From: a virus
Taxonomy: Duplodnaviria; Heunggongvirae; Uroviricota; Caudoviricetes
Direction: 5' to 3' (one strand)
DNA: 64,000 bases
IMG/VR virus record: IMGVR_UViG_3300022660_000042
Numbering within the stretch: position 1 is the stretch's first letter; each line of letters opens with the position of its first letter. Below are positions 9,482 through 18,507 of the stretch, piece by piece. The position numbers and the translations under genes are program-made. The notes beneath the pieces were generated by a model. The model was not told where the DNA came from. It saw nothing but the letters and a program-made list of their open reading frames with translations, and did not search any database.

Positions 9482-9873
9482 TATCCCAATACCTCCAAAG
9501 CCTTTTCTGTCTCATATTTGTGAAAATCAAAAGTCAGCCTCTTGAATTCCTCAGGGTCGTCTATACATACATTGGTTTCGATATACCCCCTGTACATCTT
9601 CCCGTTCCAGATAATAAACTCGTAATCGGTAATATAGTAAAGCCCCTCCCATACGTCTTCGAAAATTTCGTGGACATATGTGAATCCTACGGCTCGCCTT
9701 TCCAAATCAATATCGGTAATATCTACAAATTCCCTAACGGCATTCTTGGAATGATAATGCGGGGTAATAAAATAGTTTTTACCGGGTTCGATTAAACTCA
9801 ATAAATATTCCAGTTTTTCCTTATGACTACTACTCTGAATATTCGACCAATGTTCGTATTCGCTATCCGTCAT
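9481..9873 (-). CDS. small protein, CT-tag
   Basis: start moved to MTDSEY (TAATG overlap); IIWNGKMY...KALEVLG. Confidence 0.8.
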   Translation of the reverse strand: MTDSEYEHWSNIQSSSHKEKLEYLLSLIEPGKNYFITPHYHSKNAVREFVDITDIDLERRAVGFTYVHEIFEDVWEGLYYITDYEFIIWNGKMYRGYIETNVCIDDPEEFKRLTFDFHKYETEKALEVLG

Positions 9874-10223
9874 TATCCCAATACCTCCAATGTCTTCTCG
9901 ACACAATAGTTGTTCAGTTCTTCCAGCATCTTCCGACCATCCTGGCAGGCCGAAATTATCAGAAGTCCGGGCGGAATAGCCTTGAACCTGTAATGCAGGG
10001 CCTTGTTCGTACATGCAATAGAATCGCTCGCCCCTACCATCGGCGAACTCCCGTACTGCAAGAATATATGGTCATTCCAGAACGTAATGAAATAATCGCG
10101 TTCATCCCCAGTCTTCCGGATATATCTAACATACGTACTTGTAGAAACCGACTCGCTGTCATACACCGAATACCCATGAGAAAGCAAATACTCTTCGTAC
10201 TTGCGTAATTCAAACTTCGTCAC
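9873..10223 (-). CDS. family B paralogue, CT-tag
   Basis: GTG start; RFKAIP...KTLEVLG. Confidence 0.8.
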   Translation of the reverse strand: MTKFELRKYEEYLLSHGYSVYDSESVSTSTYVRYIRKTGDERDYFITFWNDHIFLQYGSSPMVGASDSIACTNKALHYRFKAIPPGLLIISACQDGRKMLEELNNYCVEKTLEVLG

Positions 10224-10554
10224 CCCAGAACCTCCAGGTTTCTATTAAGGTCATATTCGTATAGCTTCTTGTGTATTTCTGAACTTTCTTCACACGCAAT
10301 CTTCAACAATATGTCCGCAGGAACATTATATCTGTAATATATCCCGCCGCTTCCGTCATTATAGGCCAGGCCACCCTTGTTATAATACAAGAATATGTTA
10401 TTCTCGAATATCAACAGAGTATACTTGTTATCCGATTCTTTCACATAAAGGACATCGGTATTACGGTCTACCTCCCTATATCCGTGTTTCTTCAAAAATC
10501 GTCATAATACCCGTACTGTATCAAAAAATCGTCATAGGCGCTGTACTCTTTCAT
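10220..10554 (-). CDS. family B paralogue, CT-tag, with N-terminal duplication and frameshift
   Basis: ATG 10554 gives MKEYSAYDDFLIQYGYYDDF*; the -1 frame (TTG 10495) continues KKHGY...NLEVLG. Confidence 0.65.
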
Positions 10555-10865
10555 CCCAGAACCTCCAAAGTCTTATTGACATCGTACTCGTACAGTTTCC
10601 TCCTAATATCCTCCGCAGGACCTACAGCTATATCCATCAATATATCAGCGGGAACGCCCATATATCTGTAAATAGTCCCTGTACCGTCGGACACGCGGGA
10701 AGTAGCTATTCCCTCGCATTCATTAACGGACTCGTCATATATCAGACATACAAACGTAGTAAGAATTATCAGACTGTACTTCCCCCGGATATAACTGCAC
10801 CTTAAATCCTGCTTATACCCGTTCTCCAACGCCATCCTGATATATTTCTGAGAATCGAACTTCAT
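10551..10865 (-). CDS. family B paralogue, CT-tag
   Basis: VPADIL...EYDVNKTLEVLG. Confidence 0.8.
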   Translation of the reverse strand: MKFDSQKYIRMALENGYKQDLRCSYIRGKYSLIILTTFVCLIYDESVNECEGIATSRVSDGTGTIYRYMGVPADILMDIAVGPAEDIRRKLYEYDVNKTLEVLG

Positions 10866-11077
10866 CCAGCAATCTCTTCTTTTAACTTCGCCGGACTAAG
10901 CGTCCAGTTAGACAACTTGACACCGTTATATTCCGCGATATGCTTCATTTTTCTTTCGCTGTAATCCCCGCAGACAAACATCCATCTGGCCTTATTGGCT
11001 AGAATCTGCGCCTGCCTGTCACTTATTTCTTCTTCGGTCTCAATCGTAAACGGGAGATAAACTACCTTTTCAGCCAT
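10862..11077 (-). CDS. hypothetical protein
   Basis: first gene of the operon; TTGACG/TATATT promoter and AGAGGA RBS. Confidence 0.75.
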   Translation of the reverse strand: MAEKVVYLPFTIETEEEISDRQAQILANKARWMFVCGDYSERKMKHIAEYNGVKLSNWTLSPAKLKEEIAG

Positions 11078-11451
11078 ATATTGTCCTCTGGTTCGTTATT
11101 TCAAATATAGCAAATCCATATAGGTTCGTCAACCTTAATTAACCCTTGCATATACTATAAACCGATATATATTAACATCATATTAACATAGAATCAATTA
11201 AGCCAAAAATATCCCAGAAATACCTATATAATCATAGGGGTAAAATCTATTAAGCAAAATCTCCCAAATCCCTTTATTTTCAAGCATTTCGGCCAATTCT
11301 GAATATTCTTTAAATATCCAGAATATACCCCAAAATCTATTAAGATTTTCACAAGAAATTTCTACACAATTTACTAACATTTTATTAACAGGCGAGCCCA
11401 TCGAGACGTAAGTGTTTTTTAACCAATCCGGACCCATATATAGGAATCTAT

Positions 11452-11674
11452 GCCCGCCAAAATCTATTAAGTAGAAACTTGGCCCGCCAAAATCTATTAA
11501 GTAGAAACTTGGCCCGCCAAATCTATTAAGCATATTTACTTACTAGAAATCTGGCCCGCCAAAATCTATTAAGTAGAAACTTGGCCCGCCAAATCTATTA
11601 AGCATATTTACTTACTAGAAATCTGGCCCGCCAAATCTATTAAGCATATTTACTTACTAGAAATCTGGCCCGCC
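11452..11674. repeat. compound tandem repeat (30-bp A and 42-bp B units, order AABABB), candidate origin iterons
   Basis: units start at 11452, 11482, 11512, 11554, 11584 and 11626, with a final GCCCGCC at 11668; shared core GCCCGCCAAA(A)TCTATTAAG. Confidence 0.95.
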
Positions 11675-11694
11675 GGAATACTTAGATCTTAATT

Positions 11695-11744
11695 GTAAAA
11701 AATTTTTTACGCAAAAATTTTTTTTTCGTGAAAAAATTTTCGCG
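11695..11744. other. A/T-tract segment including a perfect 16-bp palindrome GTAAAAAATTTTTTAC (possible unwinding or bent element)
   Basis: read directly next to the repeat array. Confidence 0.5.
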
Positions 11745-11761
11745 ATCCTGGTCCCCATTAT

Positions 11762-11796
11762 AAAAAAGAAAAACCCAGAATTAACTTCTGGATTTT
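11762..11796 (-). terminator. intrinsic terminator ending the replication operon
   Basis: GAAAACCCAGAA/TTCTGGATTTTC stem with A tract. Confidence 0.7.
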
Positions 11797-11817
11797 CTCT
11801 TCAAAAATCAATTAAGA

Positions 11818-12255
11818 TTAATCTTTGGGTTGTGCGGCGAGCCGGAAATAATCTTCCCATTTCTTGACTATATGTTGTTTCTGTTCCTTGTTCAGGATTT
11901 GAAGATAGAATTTGGCTTCGCGGTCCGTGAGGTCGTATTCCTTCTTTACCGACTCGATTTCGACCGGATCGTATTCCTGGGTTCCTTTGAAGTAGTCGTA
12001 TTTGAAGTAATGCTTCGTGTGCTTTACATAGCCGATGAGGATATTGTAATGCATATCGTCGGTCAGTTTCTGTGTGGCGAGCTGGTCCGCGACGGGAATC
12101 AGATAGTCGTAGGAACAGATGAACCTGTTAATCATGAACTGGCTGTAGCCATTCTGGAGATCTTCCGGGAGGTCTTTCCATTCCGGGTACTGTTTGGTAC
12201 AGAGTGCGGTCAGGATTTCCCAGAGAGGATTACGCTTTTTCTGTTTGGTTTCCAT
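11818..12255 (-). CDS. gp62: clamp loader small subunit (T4 gp62-like)
   Basis: YSQFMINRF and KEYDLTDREAKFYLQIL motifs; near gp44/gp45. Confidence 0.8.
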   Translation of the reverse strand: METKQKKRNPLWEILTALCTKQYPEWKDLPEDLQNGYSQFMINRFICSYDYLIPVADQLATQKLTDDMHYNILIGYVKHTKHYFKYDYFKGTQEYDPVEIESVKKEYDLTDREAKFYLQILNKEQKQHIVKKWEDYFRLAAQPKD

Positions 12256-13045
12256 TATCTACCTTCTTGGTCGGCATGGTCTTGATTCTGGACATATCGA
12301 ACTTTGAGAGTCTCGAAATCGGCCAGTTACCGTTAACCGCCGAAGTCCACTTGTTGAAGAAATTGAGTCTTAGCTGTTCCCAGTTCTTCGGGAGTTCACC
12401 TTGGGATTCATGTTTGACCGAAACCGCCACGGTAGCGACCCTATAGCCCGCGGCGAGCGCCTGGAGACAGATGTCGGCATCGTAGAAGTGAAAATCCGGA
12501 AGTAATTCGTCGAATCTGAAACCTTTTTCGAAGAACCACTTGGGGAAGAACATGCAGCATCCGTCGACGGTGGCCATGAACTTATGGTTACCCGGATAGT
12601 CGTTCATCGGGTATTCATAGTGTTCCATGACTGGATTTCCCTTATCGTCGAGGACCGGTTTCTTATTTTCGTCGAGTTTCGGTCGGATTCCGCCCTGGAT
12701 GATGGAACCTGCGCCGTAGTTGGCTCTGCCTCCGGCGGACGGGACTCCGTGCCACCATGCACAGCCCTGGTCCAAGGCGATCGTGCCGATGACTCCCATG
12801 ACCGCCGCGTTATATTCCTGGCAGACCTTATCTACTTTGAATTCGATAACGTCCAGAGGCGATCTCAGTTCCGTATCGTCGTGTCGGAAACAAACGTATT
12901 TTTCTTTGGAATTGAGAACGAACTGTTCTATGGCGCGGTTATACTTCTTGGCCATAGAATCGTGAGGAATGTTTTCGATATACTTGATTGTGTCGGTATC
13001 GACTTGGTTTTCGGTTCTTTTATTTACCGGGATTATCTGAAGCAT
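12230..13045 (-). CDS. GT2-like glycosyltransferase
   Basis: HDD, VDGCCM and FHFYDADICLQA motifs. Confidence 0.8.
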   Translation of the reverse strand: MLQIIPVNKRTENQVDTDTIKYIENIPHDSMAKKYNRAIEQFVLNSKEKYVCFRHDDTELRSPLDVIEFKVDKVCQEYNAAVMGVIGTIALDQGCAWWHGVPSAGGRANYGAGSIIQGGIRPKLDENKKPVLDDKGNPVMEHYEYPMNDYPGNHKFMATVDGCCMFFPKWFFEKGFRFDELLPDFHFYDADICLQALAAGYRVATVAVSVKHESQGELPKNWEQLRLNFFNKWTSAVNGNWPISRLSKFDMSRIKTMPTKKVDNGNQTEKA

Positions 13046-13712
13046 CTAGGGTTTCCTTTATATTTCTGATAACGAAGCTCGCGTCTTTGACCTTGGACAT
13101 GTAGCCTGTCATGAGTCTTTGCGCGAAGTCGCTGTAAATATTGGTATTTTCGTCCTTGAAAATAACGAGTTTGGCGAGCCTGAAGCTGCCTTCGAAGAGT
13201 TTGAATCTCTTATCTTCGTCCAGATTCGGGCAGATCCGTTCGACATCTATAGGCAATTCCGAGAAATTTATGGCCTTATAGGTTAATTTTTCGCGGGTTT
13301 GCTCGTCGATTTCTGGCGGGAAAATATAGTATGCGGGCTCGCATTTGGATTTCAAAGCCTGCATTCTGTTACGTTTTTCCAGTTCGGATAGCGGTTTTGG
13401 GCCGAATTTTTCCAGTGAAGCGTAGATTTCTTTCAGTTGCAGTTCGAATAACTGGCCTAATCTTACGTATTCCAGCTCGTTATCCCAGTAGCAGCAGGTC
13501 ATAGGGAAAGCCGCGCGCTGGGTCATCTTGTAGACGAGATCTCTATCCCGTTGCGTATTTACCTCGACGAAATAGAGATTTCCGTTATTGATATGTTCAA
13601 TGGACTGTTTATACTTATGGCATATTTCGCAGGCATCCTGTGTCAGTACGTAGATGCCGTGCTTATAGCCTATGGCGAAGTCTTGAAACGATATTTTCTG
13701 TGAATCGAACAT
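13020..13712 (-). CDS. protein with N-terminal thioredoxin-like CxxC, late promoter
   Basis: CEICHKY; TATAAATA at 13720-13727. Confidence 0.55.
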   Translation of the reverse strand: MFDSQKISFQDFAIGYKHGIYVLTQDACEICHKYKQSIEHINNGNLYFVEVNTQRDRDLVYKMTQRAAFPMTCCYWDNELEYVRLGQLFELQLKEIYASLEKFGPKPLSELEKRNRMQALKSKCEPAYYIFPPEIDEQTREKLTYKAINFSELPIDVERICPNLDEDKRFKLFEGSFRLAKLVIFKDENTNIYSDFAQRLMTGYMSKVKDASFVIRNIKETLDASDNPGK

Positions 13713-13722
13713 AGTAACCTAT

Positions 13723-14667
13723 TTATACGCACTGGAACATCTGGATCAGACAGGCCAGGATATGGATTTCCGGGTCATTTGAAATCGAGGCTCTGGCATC
13801 GTATTCGGATAACTGGAGATAGGCATCGCCGCGTTTCTTCATCTTCGGGATGACATCTGTCTTGATGAAACCGAATACGTCGGTATAGCTGAGGCAATGT
13901 TCGTTGATATAGTTCATGGAATCTGTTAATTTCTTTTCGAGAATCATCTTGGCGAGCACGTCACCGATGTTCACGTAATCCATTAAGCCCATGTCGATAC
14001 GGCCCTTCATCATGGAATAGCACTGGAGTCTGGCCAGGATAGTTCTGATTGACGGGAACTTTTTTTCTATTAAGCTCTTTACGGCTTCTTCCTCGAACGG
14101 GATTTGAAGATACTTAAGAATTCCGAAGATTCTCTTTTGAACTTGCGGAATGAGTTCTGCCCTATATTCCGGTTTTTGCATATCGAACTTTAAAGTCATG
14201 GTTCGACCGCCTTCGTCGTCACGGATGGCCGGGATGATCTTATTGGCGTAGTTACAGGTAAGAATGAAACGGCAGTTATCGGAGAGGTCGTCGAGAATTT
14301 CTCTTAAGGCTTTTTGTGCTTCGGGAGTAAGACCGTCAGCCTCGTCCAGGAGAACGAGTTTAGGAGTATCGTTGAAACTCATGGTCTTGGCGAACTCTTC
14401 GACTGTATTACGGATTGTATTAATGCCGTTTGAATTCGAAGCATTGAGTTTCATGAACTGTGCGCCGAGGTCATTGGCGAGCGCCTGTGCTACGGTAGTT
14501 TTACCAGTACCGCCTTTACGGGATTCGAGAAGGATATTGACGCCTGCGTTGTCCGCGACGATCTTATTGAAGAAATTCCGATAATCTTGTGGAAGGATAA
14601 CGTCTTTTAATGTTTTAGGTCTGAAACGATGTTCCCAGATGTATTGATTAGTAGTAGAATCACTCAT
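13723..14667 (-). CDS. gp44: clamp loader large subunit, RFC-type AAA+ (T4 gp44-like)
   Basis: WEHRFRP, GGTGKTT, LLDEAD, RFILTCN; start set at MSDSTT. Confidence 0.93.
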   Translation of the reverse strand: MSDSTTNQYIWEHRFRPKTLKDVILPQDYRNFFNKIVADNAGVNILLESRKGGTGKTTVAQALANDLGAQFMKLNASNSNGINTIRNTVEEFAKTMSFNDTPKLVLLDEADGLTPEAQKALREILDDLSDNCRFILTCNYANKIIPAIRDDEGGRTMTLKFDMQKPEYRAELIPQVQKRIFGILKYLQIPFEEEAVKSLIEKKFPSIRTILARLQCYSMMKGRIDMGLMDYVNIGDVLAKMILEKKLTDSMNYINEHCLSYTDVFGFIKTDVIPKMKKRGDAYLQLSEYDARASISNDPEIHILACLIQMFQCV

Positions 14668-14724
14668 TGTATTTGTACCTTTAGATAGTTTTACAGGATA
14701 AAGATAGAAAAAATCTATTAAGAT

Positions 14725-14760
14725 AAAAAAGAAAGAGGGAAAATCATTCAGATTTTCCCT
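14725..14760 (-). terminator. intrinsic terminator
   Basis: AGGGAAAATC/GATTTTCCCT stem followed by a T-rich tract on -. Confidence 0.6.
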
Positions 14761-14797
14761 AGAAAGATGCACTGTATCAAAGGAGGTAAGAAATTAT

Positions 14798-15091
14798 TTA
14801 GTGCTTCTTTGCTCTGCGTTCGGCTCTGTTCCTTGGGCGTAATTGTACGTCACCAACCTCTCTATCGGGCTTAGGGAACAGGCACGGGCACGGAACCGGT
14901 TCACCGGAATCAGCGTGCCTACCGAGGTAACCCCTGCCATGACACTTTTTGCAGTTAGGCTTGGGGTCATTTAATAGAATGCCCATTGCTTCTGCGGCTC
15001 TGCGGATAACCTTCATCGCATTAACGTTATGAAGATCTTCTTCCGGGGCTCGCTTATCAGGAGGTACAAGAGACTGATAATCAATAGACAT
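14798..15091 (-). CDS. small Zn-finger protein
   Basis: CKKCHGRG...CPC. Confidence 0.65.
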   Translation of the reverse strand: MSIDYQSLVPPDKRAPEEDLHNVNAMKVIRRAAEAMGILLNDPKPNCKKCHGRGYLGRHADSGEPVPCPCLFPKPDREVGDVQLRPRNRAERRAKKH

Positions 15092-15828
15092 TACTTTTTC
15101 CTCGACCAGTAGATGTTAAGTTTAATATCGTCTTCGCGGAGCTGCTCGAACTTCATGAGACCACGCTTGGCCACTGTGATGTTGTAAGCTGCAGACGGAA
15201 GAGTGTTAATACCACGAATAGGAACCATGAAATCAAACGGGATTTCAACATCGTTCTTAAGGTCATACTGTGCACTGTAGGTATCGCCGCTGAACATACT
15301 TGTCAGGTTGGCCGTGCAGGTCTTACCTTCGAAATGGAACTGGATGGTATCTGCCTTGATGAGGGAAACCATCGAGCTGAGATCGTTTACGTCTGATTCG
15401 GAGAAATAGAGTTCTGCATCGGCTGCCGGCATGTTAATCTGGTTGAACTGCGGCTTGGAGAGAACTTCAGGCATACCGAGCTTGTTGACGAAATGGCGGG
15501 CATCGATACTGGAAGCGATGTTCAAGATATAGGGCTCGCCGGATTCATTAACGTCGATACTGAGCTTTGGCGTATTTGAGACAGCAGGATCCTTGGACGG
15601 TTTATCGAAAATATCAAAATACTTCTTGAAAGTAGAGAAGTTGAAGAAACCAATCTTTTCACCCGGGAAATCGAAATACGAGAGCGGAGCCGTGAGGGTG
15701 AAGCAGACATTGAGCTTGTCATCGTTGGCACGCATCTTGAATACTTCACCATCCTTTTCCATAACCAGCTGTTGCTGAATATTTGAAAGCTGGGAAATCA
15801 AGTTAATAAGGTTTTTATTATAATTCAT
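15091..15828 (-). CDS. gp45: DNA polymerase sliding clamp (T4 gp45-like)
   Basis: 245 aa; LINLISQLSNI N-terminus; FGFFNF-type segment; upstream of gp44. Confidence 0.8.
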   Translation of the reverse strand: MNYNKNLINLISQLSNIQQQLVMEKDGEVFKMRANDDKLNVCFTLTAPLSYFDFPGEKIGFFNFSTFKKYFDIFDKPSKDPAVSNTPKLSIDVNESGEPYILNIASSIDARHFVNKLGMPEVLSKPQFNQINMPAADAELYFSESDVNDLSSMVSLIKADTIQFHFEGKTCTANLTSMFSGDTYSAQYDLKNDVEIPFDFMVPIRGINTLPSAAYNITVAKRGLMKFEQLREDDIKLNIYWSRKK

Positions 15829-15873
15829 GTAAACTTTTCCTTAACGTTTGCATAAAATATAGTAAAAATTCTA

Positions 15874-16659
15874 TTAAGCTTTTTTCCTGTTGTCAAAATA
15901 TTCCAGGAATTTCTTGGAGTAATCCTGACAGAGATAGATTTCCGATTTAGAAGTTTCCTTATTCGGAATCTGTACGAGCATCATCTCGCCAATCTTGATA
16001 GACGGACAATGTTTTTCCAGGATCGCCTTATACATTGACAGCTGCATACTATAATGTACACAGTTACAGTCATCTTCGGTTTCGAACGGAGCTTTCATCT
16101 TCTGGAATCTATTACTATGTTCGAACTTCTTGGATGTCTTCCAGTCAAGAATAGAATAACAGTTCTTCACGGTATTATAGCATAGGAAGTCGATAGTACC
16201 AACCAGACCCCAATCGCGGTCATACACGATGAATTCGTTTTTCAACGGAATATAACGTTCCTTGAGTGTACTGATCAGAGCCTTTGCTTTCTTCTTTCGC
16301 CAGGCGAAGTCTTCAGGCATGCCTTCATACTGTTCAAGGAGATGCTGGTCAGGATAGAATTCCTTGTTCTGCCATTCGTATTCGGCTACGCTATGAACAG
16401 CAGTACCTAGAGTACATGCGTAACTGCCAGCAGCATCCCATTCGGCACGGATGTCCTTTACGTCCTTACCGAAGTATTTTCCGCCGGCCTTCTTACTTGC
16501 ACGTTCGGCGATCATGTCCCAATCCTTATCCGGTTCGAAGTTCTTGATAAAGGTCGTAACCGAAGTGAACTTGGTACCGTATGAGTCAGTATACTTGTGG
16601 CCTACTTCTTCGAAATGAATATCATTAAATGCAGTCCATAATTCTTTAAAGAGTTCCAT
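15874..16659 (-). CDS. PD-(D/E)xK exonuclease (RecB/Cas4-like)
   Basis: GTAVH, GTIDF, ILDWKTS, YSMQLSMY. Confidence 0.85.
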   Translation of the reverse strand: MELFKELWTAFNDIHFEEVGHKYTDSYGTKFTSVTTFIKNFEPDKDWDMIAERASKKAGGKYFGKDVKDIRAEWDAAGSYACTLGTAVHSVAEYEWQNKEFYPDQHLLEQYEGMPEDFAWRKKKAKALISTLKERYIPLKNEFIVYDRDWGLVGTIDFLCYNTVKNCYSILDWKTSKKFEHSNRFQKMKAPFETEDDCNCVHYSMQLSMYKAILEKHCPSIKIGEMMLVQIPNKETSKSEIYLCQDYSKKFLEYFDNRKKA

Positions 16660-16666
16660 ATATTAC

Positions 16667-17527
16667 CTATTTTAAATTCATCCATTCTCTTTCGAGGCGA
16701 TCCAGCTGATGATTGTAAGACGAGTCCGCCCATGTCGGCATAATCTGTTTGAAATCGGAATAGGTGCCGCCGATATGTTTCCACCAGCAGGCGAGCGCGA
16801 ATATTTGGTTATGCCTTGTTCCTTCGGGAGCTGATTCAATTGTTTTCTCTACGTATTCTTTAGCCTTGGTAAGATCGCCTGTCTTATTACGCTTACGAGA
16901 CTTCATGTACGATGCTTCAAGATCTCTTAAGTAATTCTGTTGACGCCATTCGCATTCGTTGTAAGCCTGTTCAAAGAATTCGATTTCCTCGAAAGGATTA
17001 AACTTCTTTCCGTTGTTAATCTTATAATAATACGGCGAGCCTTTAGACTTGACCGCCGGGCACTTGAAGAACTGTGCTCTGACGAAAGATGCCGGGTCAA
17101 CATGGTCGAAGAAATCAATTAAGTAGAAATACGGGCTCCACTGTTTCTGTGATCCCTTGAAGAAAAATCTATTAATCTCGTATTCCTTGTCCAAGAACAG
17201 AAGGACACGGAACTTCTGATTCACACCGTCATAAGAATAACTGGTGTGCAGAATGTACCTGTAGTCCCTGAATCTGTTTTGGAATTGTTCGATTGTATAC
17301 TCTGTAGAGTCATAGTCCAACATGAGAATATCGGTAGAACCCATATTCTCTGTGCAACGTTTCTCTCCTTTCATCGAACAGAACTTCCACTGTGGTATCT
17401 TAGACTTGTCTTCGACTACCATAGGGTTCATGATCGCCTTGATTGTATTCTCGGCGACAGCCTTGTTCCATTCGATAGGCTTGCACTTGTTGTCGAACTG
17501 ATTTTTAATCGTTTGAATATACCGCAT
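16667..17527 (-). CDS. AEP primase/polymerase-like protein with PriCT-like C-terminus
   Basis: LMLDYD, LHTSYS, KFRVLL, APEGTRHNQIF. Confidence 0.7.
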   Translation of the reverse strand: MRYIQTIKNQFDNKCKPIEWNKAVAENTIKAIMNPMVVEDKSKIPQWKFCSMKGEKRCTENMGSTDILMLDYDSTEYTIEQFQNRFRDYRYILHTSYSYDGVNQKFRVLLFLDKEYEINRFFFKGSQKQWSPYFYLIDFFDHVDPASFVRAQFFKCPAVKSKGSPYYYKINNGKKFNPFEEIEFFEQAYNECEWRQQNYLRDLEASYMKSRKRNKTGDLTKAKEYVEKTIESAPEGTRHNQIFALACWWKHIGGTYSDFKQIMPTWADSSYNHQLDRLEREWMNLK

Positions 17528-18374
17528 CTACAGCCAACTGTAATCTATTAAGTACGATCATTATGTCGTCGTTATACTTGAGCGGAATTCCACCAGCATG
17601 TGCGTGACCGCCGCCGACATTCATAATCTTGAACACCTTTGTAAGGTCGATTTCATTGCAACGGATAGAGAGGGCGTTCTTGTTCTTGATTGCGAACCAC
17701 TTATAGCCTTCCTTCTTGAGTTCCTCGACACATTCGTTCATGAATCGGTCTGTCTCGAAGAACGCGCCGTTGTTAGAGAGGTCGGAGATTTCAAGGTTAG
17801 CATAAAGCTTTTTGAATTCGGCCTGAGCATCAATTAAGTATTTTTGTTCTTCCGGGTAGAGCTTCGTATTTCCATTAAGGAATCTGCGGGTAAACCACTT
17901 AGGACCCATTTCCCAGTAAATGTTATTGAAGAATCGCGATCTCTTGTCTGACAGGATGAACATATCCCAGTCGTTCGTGATGTTAATGAGGTCGTCAAGG
18001 TAGGAAATATCTTTAAAGGTCTTGACGAATCTGTAGGTGAGCATCGCGCCGCAAGCAGAAGTATTAATGATAACTGTCTTGTTGTCGTGGTATTTCTGTG
18101 CGGTCTCGTGGTGGTCCAGTACAAGAACGTTCGGGAAAGCTTCGCGAATCTGCGACATGGTTAGAGACGGATAGAAATCGGTGATGATAACCAAATCAAC
18201 CTTATCCTTGTACTTGGCGATCACGTTTGTAATAACACGTTCTTCTGACTGGTATGTAATATATTCGGTTTCAATGTCCTTATAGAAGTTACGAAGGACA
18301 ATGTTAGACGATACACCGTCGAGGTCAGAATGTGTTAAGTTTAAAATTTTTAATTCGGGATTATTATAATTCAT
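17505..18374 (-). CDS. DHH/DHHA1 phosphoesterase
   Basis: HSDLDG, ITD, LDHH, GGGHAHAGG. Confidence 0.9.
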   Translation of the reverse strand: MNYNNPELKILNLTHSDLDGVSSNIVLRNFYKDIETEYITYQSEERVITNVIAKYKDKVDLVIITDFYPSLTMSQIREAFPNVLVLDHHETAQKYHDNKTVIINTSACGAMLTYRFVKTFKDISYLDDLINITNDWDMFILSDKRSRFFNNIYWEMGPKWFTRRFLNGNTKLYPEEQKYLIDAQAEFKKLYANLEISDLSNNGAFFETDRFMNECVEELKKEGYKWFAIKNKNALSIRCNEIDLTKVFKIMNVGGGHAHAGGIPLKYNDDIMIVLNRLQLAVDAVYSND

Positions 18375-18432
18375 ACTTATTAAATATAGTAAATTTTATT
18401 AAGGTTGTATACCGTTATAAAAATATAATCTG

Positions 18433-18464
18433 AAAAAGGGATAACACCTTTCGATGTTATCCCT
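18433..18464 (-). terminator. intrinsic terminator after gp32
   Basis: AGGGATAACA/TGTTATCCCT stem with A tract. Confidence 0.7.
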
Positions 18465-18507
18465 CCCACATATAAACAGCGAACTAACTTAAGAGGTAAT
18501 CAGAACT

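Noticed and set aside
3261-10865. Diversity-generating retroelement, shufflon or integron as the source of the arrays
   Set aside because: No reverse transcriptase, recombinase, template/variable repeat pair or attC-like sites in the window; paralogues are too divergent at DNA level
11198-11533. 111-aa minus-strand ORF
   Set aside because: Merely translates the tandem repeats (FGGPSFYLID x3); no RBS or promoter
11452-11674. CRISPR or mini-CRISPR array
   Set aside because: Units repeat in full (AABABB) with no unique spacers and no cas genes; the Cas4-like nuclease at 15874 sits in a normal replication context
8580-11700. Apparent C-over-G skew on + near the repeat locus
   Set aside because: Spot counts by hand were inconsistent (e.g. 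17C/9G versus 9C/12G per 60 nt); needs a computed cumulative skew before any claim
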